A program made the translations under genes and the position numbers. 38,928 bases of DNA from Minisyncoccota bacterium. Lineage in GTDB: Bacteria; Patescibacteriota; Minisyncoccia; Phycocordibacterales; UBA9973. The notes beneath the pieces were generated by a model. The model had not been told where the DNA came from and searched no databases. It worked only from the letters and a program-made list of their open reading frames with translations. The DNA lies in NCBI GenBank assembly GCA_041663725.1, contig JBAYME010000001.1, positions 1-38,928 on the forward strand, in the 5' to 3' direction. Below, piece by piece: positions 1 through 6,413 of this stretch. The stretch's first letter is position 1. The number at the start of each line of letters is the position of its first letter.

Positions 1-44
1 GTGAAAGGATATTGGTATTTGTCTTTTGATGAAAAAGAATCATT

Positions 45-279
45 GTGGAAAGACGCTGACGGCGACCACAGGGTGCCTGGCGTCTGTGCCGGTTCCGACG
101 GTGGCTTCGAGTTCGTTCTTGGTTGCTTCGGGGATGACTGGCATGACCATAGTTGTCTCCTTTGCTTCTGCGACTTGCCTGTTTCCGAACAGGCTTAATC
201 TCTTAGTCACTTTGTTCCTTAAACTTTCTGAATCTTTAACTCTTAGACCCTTTGCTCTTAGCACTGGGTCTTTTTTTTT
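45..279 (+). ncRNA. Unassigned GC-rich island, candidate structured RNA ending in an intrinsic terminator (family not identified)
   Basis: Positions ~45-200 are much more G+C-rich than the flanks. Perfect hairpin GCCTGTT-TCCG-AACAGGC at 177-194. Terminator-like AGACCC...GGGTCT plus T9 at 245-279. The three overlapping ORFs look like stop-poor composition artefacts. Confidence 0.3.
245..279 (+). terminator. Intrinsic terminator-like hairpin plus T-run
   Basis: AGACCC(245-250)/GGGTCT(266-271) with inner GCT/AGC pairing, followed by T9. Confidence 0.55.
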
Positions 280-306
280 GCTAAAAATCTCACTACCGGG
301 TATAAT
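278..306 (+). promoter_or_regulatory. Sigma70-type promoter TTGCTA-N17-TATAAT with conserved spacer CTCACTACCGGG
   Basis: -35 at 278-283, -10 at 301-306. The 20 nt CTCACTACCGGGTATAATTA is identical to 37203-37222. Confidence 0.6.
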
Positions 307-355
307 TAGTCTATTATAAACACCGATGAAATACTCGGATTAATTTAAAAATTAT

Positions 356-790
356 ATGGAGAAAAAAAGTAATATGGCAGTTTGGGTTATTATTGTGTTG
401 GTAGTTGTCGCTGTTTTAGTTTTTCTTACAATTAATATAAATAAAAAAGGTACTATGGAAGAAAATAATATAGCTGGAGCAGTAGCTGCAGTAGGAGACT
501 TGGTAACAGTTAATTATACTGGTAAATTAGTAGATGGAACTGTATTTGATTCAAATGTTGATCCAAAGTTTAATCATGTAGAGCCATTTGAATTTACACT
601 AGGAGTAGGGCAAGTGATTCCTGGTTGGGATAAGGGTATTCTAGGAATGAAAGTTGGAGAAAAGAAGACATTAGAAATTCCTGCTGAGGATGCTTATGGA
701 GAGGCTGGTGCTGGGGGAGTTATTCCACCAAATGCAACTTTAATTTTTGATGTTGAAATTTTAAAGATTACTAGTAGTGTAAATGAATAA
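356..790 (+). CDS. FKBP-type peptidyl-prolyl cis-trans isomerase with N-terminal membrane anchor
   Basis: 144 aa. Hydrophobic N-terminus [17 protein letters not shown], then FKBP core ([42 protein letters not shown]). Confidence 0.9.
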   Translation: MEKKSNMAVWVIIVLVVVAVLVFLTININKKGTMEENNIAGAVAAVGDLVTVNYTGKLVDGTVFDSNVDPKFNHVEPFEFTLGVGQVIPGWDKGILGMKVGEKKTLEIPAEDAYGEAGAGGVIPPNATLIFDVEILKITSSVNE

Positions 791-1586
791 TTATATGGAA
801 ACTTCAGTAGAAAAAAAATGCAAAATTCACCATACCTTTAAAATAATTATTTTTGTTTTAATCGTATTGTGTGCAGGTAAGTTTTTATTGAGTTATGGAA
901 ATTTTGGAAAAAATGGAAATGCTGTAGAAAATACTATTTCTTTTACTGGGCATGGTGAAGTTTCTGCTGTGCCAGATATCGCTAATATTAGTTTTACTAT
1001 TGAAAAAGATGCTAAAACAGTAAAAGAATCACAAGCATTAGTTGCAGAAATTGAAAAAAAAGCAATTGATCTTTTAAAGACCAATAATGTGGCAGAAAGA
1101 GACATAAAGACAAATAATGCTTCTTTTTACCCAAAATATGAATTTCAAAATAAGGGAATGCCTTGTACTAGGTTTGTATGTCCAACAGGAGAAAATGTAA
1201 TAGTTGGCTATACTTCAAGTGAAAGTATCTCAGTAAAGATAAGGAATACTGATGATACTGGTAAAATTATTCAAGGCTTAGGAGAAATCAGAGTTTCAAA
1301 TTTAAATGGTCCTAATTTTAGCATAGACAAAGAAGATGCCTTAAAAGATAGTGCTAGAAAGTTGGCCATCAATGAAGCTAAAGAAAAGGCAAAAAAACTA
1401 TCCAAAGATCTTGGTATTCGTTTAGGAAAAATAACTTCATTTAGTGAAAATAGAGATTATCCAATGCCAATGTATGCAAAAGCAGAGATGGCCATGGGTA
1501 TGGATACAGTATCTCTACCAGCTGAATTACCAAAAGGAGAGAACTTAATCACATCTGATGTTACTATAACTTACGAGATAAAATAA
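783..1586 (+). CDS. SIMPL/DUF541 (BP26-like) exported protein
   Basis: 267 aa. N-terminal hydrophobic segment, [23 protein letters not shown] and C-terminal [11 protein letters not shown] are typical of SIMPL-domain proteins. Start at 783 or 795 is uncertain. Confidence 0.7.
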   Translation: MNNYMETSVEKKCKIHHTFKIIIFVLIVLCAGKFLLSYGNFGKNGNAVENTISFTGHGEVSAVPDIANISFTIEKDAKTVKESQALVAEIEKKAIDLLKTNNVAERDIKTNNASFYPKYEFQNKGMPCTRFVCPTGENVIVGYTSSESISVKIRNTDDTGKIIQGLGEIRVSNLNGPNFSIDKEDALKDSARKLAINEAKEKAKKLSKDLGIRLGKITSFSENRDYPMPMYAKAEMAMGMDTVSLPAELPKGENLITSDVTITYEIK

Positions 1587-1595
1587 GTTTACGAG

Positions 1596-1624
1596 TTGAC
1601 TATTTAACTAAAAAAGAGTAGTAT
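1596..1624 (+). promoter_or_regulatory. Candidate promoter TTGACT-N17-TAGTAT abutting the upstream terminator
   Basis: -35 at 1596-1601, 17-nt spacer, -10 at 1619-1624. The predicted start site falls inside the 5' arm of the 1628-1650 hairpin. Confidence 0.4.
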
Positions 1625-1627
1625 AAA

Positions 1628-1650
1628 GAAGCCCTTTACGGGGCTTTTTT
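1628..1650 (+). terminator. Intrinsic terminator after the SIMPL gene
   Basis: GAAGCCC-TTTACG-GGGCTTT stem-loop followed by a T-run. Confidence 0.7.
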
Positions 1651-1728
1651 ATAAGGCTAAAACATTATCAATGTTCTCCCGATCTACAAAGTAGATTTAG
1701 GGTAAAATAATTGTAAAATATAAATTTT

Positions 1729-1914
1729 ATGTCAAAAATCACTGAATATTTTAAGGAAACTAAAGCAGAATTAAAGCATGTAAATTGGCCAACTAGAAAA
1801 CAAACTATTTTTTATACTTTAATTGTTGTAATTCTTTCTGTGCTCATTGCCTACTTTTTAGGTTTTTTTGATTTTATTTTTTCACAAGGGTTAATGAAAT
1901 TAATATCTTTTTAA
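1729..1914 (+). CDS. secE: Preprotein translocase subunit SecE
   Basis: 61 aa. ETKAELKHVNWPTRKQT followed by a single TM helix. Canonical position upstream of nusG. Confidence 0.85.
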   Translation: MSKITEYFKETKAELKHVNWPTRKQTIFYTLIVVILSVLIAYFLGFFDFIFSQGLMKLISF

Positions 1915-1923
1915 TTAAATTAT

Positions 1924-2469
1924 ATGTCTAAACAAGAAACACAAGGAATAAGAAATTGGTATGCTATTCACACTTATGCTGGATATGAAAATGCAGTTCT
2001 TCGTAATTTGAAACAGCGTATTGATTCTCTCGGTGCACATGAAAAAATCTTTAATGTAATAGTTCCTGTAGAAAAAAAGGTAAAAATAAAAGCAGGTAAA
2101 AGAGTTGAAGTTGAAGAGAAAATTTATCCAGGTTATGTCTTAGTGGATATGATCGTGACTGATGATTCATGGTACATTGTTCGTAATACACCTAGAGTTA
2201 CTGGTTTCGTTGGTGCTGGAGTAAATCCTGTTCCATTAAAAAAAGAAGAAGTAGATTTCTTGTTTAAGAAAATGGATGCAAATACAGTAAAGCATAATAT
2301 TGATTTAGCTATTGGGGAGACAGTTAGAATTGTTGATGGCCCATTTAAAGACCTAGAAGGTAAGGTTAATTCAGTAGATCAAGAAAGAGGCAAGATAAAA
2401 GTGCTGGTTTCAATGTTTGGTCGTGAAACACCAGTCGAATTAGATTTTTTACAGGTCAAGAAAATTTAA
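1924..2469 (+). CDS. nusG: Transcription termination/antitermination factor NusG
   Basis: 181 aa. WYAIHTYAGYENAV NGN start and C-terminal KOW (GETVRIVDGPFKDLEGKV). secE-nusG-rplK synteny. Confidence 0.95.
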   Translation: MSKQETQGIRNWYAIHTYAGYENAVLRNLKQRIDSLGAHEKIFNVIVPVEKKVKIKAGKRVEVEEKIYPGYVLVDMIVTDDSWYIVRNTPRVTGFVGAGVNPVPLKKEEVDFLFKKMDANTVKHNIDLAIGETVRIVDGPFKDLEGKVNSVDQERGKIKVLVSMFGRETPVELDFLQVKKI

Positions 2470-2584
2470 AATATTATTTACCTTAATATTAAATTTTTAA
2501 TTTAATAAGATTAGAAAAGTAGACAAAGGGGGTAAAATAGTATAGATTTACATTATTAATTACAAATAAAATTTTAATAACGGG

Positions 2585-3007
2585 ATGGCAAAAAAAATAA
2601 CAAAAAAAATAAAATTACAAATACAGGCAGCGAAAGCTACTCCTGCACCACCACTTGGACCTGCATTAGGACAGGCTGGTATAAATATTGGAGACTTTGT
2701 CACAAAATTTAATGCTGCTACTTCTAAAATGGCAGGGGATAAGGTTTCAGTTGTAGTTCATGTTTATGAAGATCGAACTTATGACTTTATTGTTAAGACT
2801 CCACCAGTTTCAGGTCTTATCTTAAAGGCTGCTGGTATTGAAAAGGGTTCAGGGAAGAATAAAACAAGTAAGGTTGGTAAAATCACAAAAGCTCAGGCTC
2901 TAGAAATTGCAAAAAAGAAGGGAGCAGATTTAAATGCCAAAGATGATCAAGGGGCTATAAATATAGTAGCTGGTTCTGCAAGATCAATGGGCATAGACGT
3001 AGTCTAA
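2585..3007 (+). CDS. rplK: Ribosomal protein uL11
   Basis: 140 aa. KLQIQAAKATPAPPLGPALGQAGINI signature. Follows nusG. Confidence 0.97.
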   Translation: MAKKITKKIKLQIQAAKATPAPPLGPALGQAGINIGDFVTKFNAATSKMAGDKVSVVVHVYEDRTYDFIVKTPPVSGLILKAAGIEKGSGKNKTSKVGKITKAQALEIAKKKGADLNAKDDQGAINIVAGSARSMGIDVV

Positions 3008-3034
3008 AGTAGAAAGTTGTAAAGTTATAAAGTA

Positions 3035-3066
3035 AAAAAGCCAACTAGGAATAGTTGGTTTTTTTA
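3035..3066 (+). terminator. Intrinsic terminator after rplK
   Basis: AAAAAAGCCAACT-AGGAAT-AGTTGGTTTTTTT. Confidence 0.8.
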
Positions 3067-3071
3067 TTTTT

Positions 3072-3419
3072 ATGGAGTATTATTTGATAATGGTTAATCT
3101 AAAAGAATTACAAAAAGAAATAATGCGAAATAAATTGGAAAAGGGTTTCAATACTACAGATGTAGCCCTCGAATTTTGTAGAGCTCACGAAGAACTTTCT
3201 GAAGCATTTTGTAAGTTTAATAAAGGTGAAGACGGTGTGGCTGAAGAATTCGCAGACGTAGCTATATTTCTTTTGGGTATGGCTGAAATTTTAGGTTTTG
3301 ATTTAGAAAAAGAGCTATTATCTAAGGTAGAAAAAAATAAAAATCGTAAATATAAAAAAGAAAAATCCCCAGACGGGAAAGATGTTTTTATTAGAATTAA
3401 AACTGAGATAGACCCATAG
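3072..3419 (+). CDS. MazG-like nucleoside triphosphate pyrophosphohydrolase (small all-alpha type)
   Basis: 115 aa. Acidic metal-binding boxes HEELSEAF and AEEFADVAIFLLGMAEILGFDLE, then KNKNRKY. ATG 3090 is an alternative start. Confidence 0.7.
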   Translation: MEYYLIMVNLKELQKEIMRNKLEKGFNTTDVALEFCRAHEELSEAFCKFNKGEDGVAEEFADVAIFLLGMAEILGFDLEKELLSKVEKNKNRKYKKEKSPDGKDVFIRIKTEIDP

Positions 3420-3428
3420 TACATCAAA

Positions 3429-3458
3429 TAAAAATCTAAACTACAGTTTAGATTTTTA
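3429..3458. terminator. Bidirectional terminator between the convergent MazG-like and DHFR genes
   Basis: AAAAATCTAAAC-TACA-GTTTAGATTTTT, with A-run and T-run on either side. Confidence 0.8.
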
Positions 3459-3983
3459 TAGCCTAGTGTACTCCGTAAACTCTAAATCATATATATTTAA
3501 GTCATTTTTTTGAAGTTTTTCACCTTTTGTTTTTTTCCATTTTTTTTGATCAATTTCTGGAAAAAATACTTCAGCATCCGGAAAGTCACCATTAACATGG
3601 GTAATATAAAGTTTGTCTGCCATATTAATAAATAATTTATAAATCATTCCACCACCAATTACAAAAACCTCATCTTTTTCATTTGTAGTTTTTTTTAATA
3701 AATCCATTGCTTCATCTATCGAATAAAAAATTTCAGCACCAGGAGCTGTGAAAGAATCATCTTGAGTTAAAATTATATTTCTTCTGTTTGGCAGAAGGCG
3801 TCCAATTTGTTTACCATTTTCGTCACATGCTAAAGATTCATAAGTTTTTTGCCCCATAACAACTGCATGGCCTCTAGTTTTTTCTCTAAAATGTTTCATG
3901 TCAGCAGGAAGTGACCAAAGAAGATCATTCTTTTTTCCAAGTTCATTATTTTTTCCAATGGCTGCAATAATTGAAAGTATCAT
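3456..3983 (-). CDS. folA: Dihydrofolate reductase
   Basis: 175 aa. IIAAIGKNNELG, LPADMKHFREKT, VVMGQKTYESL and VIGGGMIY are DHFR motifs. Confidence 0.9.
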   Translation of the reverse strand: MILSIIAAIGKNNELGKKNDLLWSLPADMKHFREKTRGHAVVMGQKTYESLACDENGKQIGRLLPNRRNIILTQDDSFTAPGAEIFYSIDEAMDLLKKTTNEKDEVFVIGGGMIYKLFINMADKLYITHVNGDFPDAEVFFPEIDQKKWKKTKGEKLQKNDLNIYDLEFTEYTRL

Positions 3984-3990
3984 TTGAATT

Positions 3991-4839
3991 TTATTTTATA
4001 ATATCTAGTCCCGTAATAGGTTCACCTGGTTTAAAGTATGGAGCAAAAGATTGATAAATTTCATCCACTAATGTCTCATCCTTCTGTTCTGCTCGACTAA
4101 AAATATTTTTTGGTAGATTTGGAAAAATATTTAAGTGATTATTTTCTCTTTTAATTAATTCTTTTGCACCCTCATAGTGAGTATCATAAATATGAGCATT
4201 GGAAATAGAATGAGTATAAATTCCTGGTTTTACTCCTAGTTCTTGGGCTAGGGTACACATAAGTAAGGCAAAACCAAAGGTATCAAAAGGGCAGCCAAGC
4301 ATCATGTCATTTGAGCGAATTATGTTATGCAAACAAAGCCTGCCACCGATTATATTTACTGTAAAAGCAAAAGGACAAGGGGCATTTTTTTTATAAGTTG
4401 CTATTAGTCCTTTTCCATATAGTCCATCATCTGCTGGGTCCCATGTTACAATCACGCCTTGTCTTGAGTGAGGCTCTTCTTTTAAATGTTTTATTAATTG
4501 ACCAAGTTGGTCTCGTCCGAAATGATGGCGCCAACGATATCCATAAGCTGATGTTATGGTACCATTTGTTTCAATAAATTCATCCCACATTTTTGTATAT
4601 TTTCTTAAAAATTCTGTATCTTTATCTCCTGTGATAAACCAGACTTGTTCTGCAATTGGAGATTTGATGGGATTTTTACGAAGAGTTAAAATAGGGAAAC
4701 CATCTTTTTCTAAATCAATTTGGAAAGTTAAACCAGGCAATATTTTTATTTTATGGCCAGTTCTTTCATTTAATTCCTCAACCCCCTCTTCCATTATTTT
4801 TTTTATTAAATTTTTATAGATTGCGTCAAATGTTGTCAT
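3991..4839 (-). CDS. Thymidylate synthase (ThyA) family enzyme with Asp at the Asn177(E. coli)-equivalent; predicted dCMP-directed C5 methylase/hydroxymethylase
   Basis: 282 aa from ATG 4839 (the track ORF extends to 4893). Carries ERTG, YGYRWR, HSRQ, catalytic APC (Cys155), RSND, CPFD (Asp186, codon 4282-4284) and NAHIY. Aligns without gaps to the E. coli ThyA core. Confidence 0.85.
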   Translation of the reverse strand: MTTFDAIYKNLIKKIMEEGVEELNERTGHKIKILPGLTFQIDLEKDGFPILTLRKNPIKSPIAEQVWFITGDKDTEFLRKYTKMWDEFIETNGTITSAYGYRWRHHFGRDQLGQLIKHLKEEPHSRQGVIVTWDPADDGLYGKGLIATYKKNAPCPFAFTVNIIGGRLCLHNIIRSNDMMLGCPFDTFGFALLMCTLAQELGVKPGIYTHSISNAHIYDTHYEGAKELIKRENNHLNIFPNLPKNIFSRAEQKDETLVDEIYQSFAPYFKPGEPITGLDIIK

Positions 4840-4856
4840 ATAGTAAAGTATACAGC

Positions 4857-5381
4857 ATGGAAAATAAAAATCAAAAAGAGATAAAGTACCCATATTTACC
4901 AGCAGATAAAAATATATTTTATGTTGGTATGGATAATAATTTTATGGTAGAAGCAAAAGAAGCAGCCCGTTTATCTAATGATCAACAGCAACCAACTGGT
5001 GCAGTTATTGTTTGTGATAATAAAATAGTTTCTAGTTTTTCTAATAAAAACCCACTAACTAGCTCTTTTTTAATTAAATTACATAAAAAATATTGCATTC
5101 GTCATATGTTAAAAATTCCTTCTGGGCAAAAATACTGGGTTTGTCCTGGTTGTGCTAAAAACGAAAGTCATGCTGAGTCACGGGCGGCAAAGGATTTTAT
5201 AAAAAATAAAATTTCTTGCAAAAATCCCGATTTATATTTATGGGGTCATTGGTGGTGTTGTGATGTTTGCTGGAAAAACATGCTGAAGTTGCCAATTAAT
5301 AATGTTTATCTATTGGAGGATAGTGAAATATTATTTAACGCTAAAAATTCTAATAATATTTTAGGTAAACAGTTTGAATAA
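4857..5381 (+). CDS. Deoxycytidylate (dCMP) deaminase family protein
   Basis: Start taken at ATG 4857. FMVEAKEAARLS..PTGAVIV, zinc motif HAESRA plus CCDVC (PCxxC-equivalent), and an extra C/H cluster (CIRH..CPGC) like the second zinc site of dCMP deaminases. Confidence 0.8.
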   Translation: MENKNQKEIKYPYLPADKNIFYVGMDNNFMVEAKEAARLSNDQQQPTGAVIVCDNKIVSSFSNKNPLTSSFLIKLHKKYCIRHMLKIPSGQKYWVCPGCAKNESHAESRAAKDFIKNKISCKNPDLYLWGHWWCCDVCWKNMLKLPINNVYLLEDSEILFNAKNSNNILGKQFE

Positions 5382-5393
5382 TTTTATATAAAG

Positions 5394-5432
5394 AAAAATC
5401 CCATCCTTCGACAAGCTCAGGATAGGATTTTT
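5394..5432. terminator. Bidirectional terminator hairpin containing a REP-like 21-mer
   Basis: AAAAATCC-c-ATCCT-TCGACAAGCTC-AGGAT-a-GGATTTTT between the convergent deaminase and rpmB genes. Confidence 0.7.
5403..5423. repeat. REP-like 21-mer ATCCTTCGACAAGCTCAGGAT (copy 1)
   Basis: Exact reverse complement of 12083-12103. Internally palindromic arms ATCCT/AGGAT. Confidence 0.85.
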
Positions 5433-5460
5433 TATAAGCTAAAATCTAGGAAGCTATAAG

Positions 5461-5703
5461 CTACTCAACTAATCCAGCTTTCTTGAGTGTTTTATATACA
5501 CCATTCTTTTTTATTGTTTTCATTCCTCTTGTTGATATTTCTACATTTACAGATTTATTAAGTTCAGGTACAAAAATTTTCTTCTTTTGAAGATTTGGGT
5601 ATTTTCTCTTTTTTCCAGTTGGGTTGAATTTAGTGGCACGAGTTCTATTGGAATAACCGCCTCCTACAATTGAACCTTTTTTTGATATTGGACATGATTT
5701 CAT
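5461..5703 (-). CDS. rpmB: Ribosomal protein bL28
   Basis: 80 aa. CPISKKG...SNRTRATKFNPTGKKRKYPNLQKKKIFVPEL...VEISTRGMKTIKKNG matches the bL28 pattern. Confidence 0.85.
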   Translation of the reverse strand: MKSCPISKKGSIVGGGYSNRTRATKFNPTGKKRKYPNLQKKKIFVPELNKSVNVEISTRGMKTIKKNGVYKTLKKAGLVE

Positions 5704-5713
5704 AACGAATGTA

Positions 5714-5722
5714 TGCTATCAT
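5714..5722 (+). promoter_or_regulatory. Extended -10 element TGcTATCAT, 9 nt upstream of ATG 5732
   Basis: TGnTAnnAT match read directly from the sequence. Confidence 0.45.
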
Positions 5723-5731
5723 AAAATTTAT

Positions 5732-6364
5732 ATGAACGCAATAGATGCAATTTTTTTTATAGCGATACTCATTATGTCTGTAGTTATTCATGAAGTTTCT
5801 CATGGTTATGTAGCAGAATATTTTGGGGATGATACTGCACGCAGGTCTGGCAGACTTACATTGAATCCAATAAAACACTTAGATTTATTTGGTTCTATTA
5901 TTTTACCAATTTTACTTTATATATCAGCTGGTTTTGCTTTTGGTTGGGCAAAGCCTGTTCCTTATAATCCAAACAATCTTAGAAATAAAAAATGGGGAAC
6001 CATTGCTGTTGCCTCGGCTGGCGTTTTAGCTAATTTTTCGATTGCTATTATTTTTGGTATTTTAATTCGATTTGCACCAAGTTTTGGTATTCCTCCATAT
6101 AATCCAACTATGATCCATCCTTTTTATGCGATAGTTACAAATATAGTTATTTTGAATATTGCTTTAGGTTTATTCAATTTAGTTCCAATACCACCACTTG
6201 ATGGTTCTAAAATATTATTTAATCTTTTGCCAAAATCTTTTTTTAACTTAATTGAATTTTTTGAAAGATATTCCCTTATATTTTTAGTTATTTTTATTTT
6301 TTTCTTTTCTAGTTTTTTATATCCATTATTGATTTCCATTTTCCATATAATTACTGGTATTTAA
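5732..6364 (+). CDS. Site-2 protease family (peptidase M50) membrane metalloprotease
   Basis: 210 aa polytopic protein. HEVSHG (HExxH) and NLVPIPPLDGSK (LDG) motifs. Confidence 0.85.
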   Translation: MNAIDAIFFIAILIMSVVIHEVSHGYVAEYFGDDTARRSGRLTLNPIKHLDLFGSIILPILLYISAGFAFGWAKPVPYNPNNLRNKKWGTIAVASAGVLANFSIAIIFGILIRFAPSFGIPPYNPTMIHPFYAIVTNIVILNIALGLFNLVPIPPLDGSKILFNLLPKSFFNLIEFFERYSLIFLVIFIFFFSSFLYPLLISIFHIITGI

Positions 6365-6397
6365 TAACAATAAGAACGTAGTTGTTATTGTTTTATA

Positions 6398-6406
6398 TGA
6401 TATAAT
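6398..6406 (+). promoter_or_regulatory. Perfect extended -10 TGaTATAAT, 7 nt upstream of ATG 6414
   Basis: TGnTATAAT consensus. The spacing implies a leaderless transcript for the fibre gene. Confidence 0.55.
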
Positions 6407-6413
6407 AAATTAT

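Noticed and set aside
1-280. Tried to assign the GC-rich island to RNase P RNA (GGAAAG at 47-52, CAGGGTGCC at 69-77, AACAGGCTTA at 188-197), 5S rRNA (minus-strand CGAACTCGAAG resembling the CCGAACUCAGAAG loop), tmRNA (GGTTCCGACGG resembling GGAUUCGACGG) or SRP RNA
   Set aside because: In each case only one short motif matches. For RNase P, the P4 strands do not pair, universal nucleotides differ and the segment is too short. For 5S, helix I and the GAUGGUAGU region are missing. There is no tRNA-like 3' end for tmRNA and no GGAA/AGCA domain IV for SRP. The region is left unassigned.
1-319. ORFs 1-198 (+), 26-319 (+) and 40-264 (-) as protein-coding genes
   Set aside because: Three mutually overlapping frames are open only because the GC-rich segment lacks AT-rich stop codons. 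The translated sequences have implausible composition and no recognisable motifs.
1651-1728. Looked for the tRNA (often tRNA-Trp) that commonly precedes secE, and for tRNAs in other spacers
   Set aside because: No cloverleaf-compatible sequence was found in any intergenic region: no GTTCGAATC-type T-arm with a matching acceptor stem.
4840-4893. N-terminal extensions proposed by the ORF track (ThyA homolog to 4893, deaminase from TTG 4821, rplN from 23024, rpsS from GTG 20484, ndk from 35924, dgkA-like from TTG 19861)
   Set aside because: The extensions are non-homologous junk preceding canonical N-termini ([55 protein letters not shown]). They would also overlap neighbouring genes or promoters. 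Internal ATGs were chosen instead.
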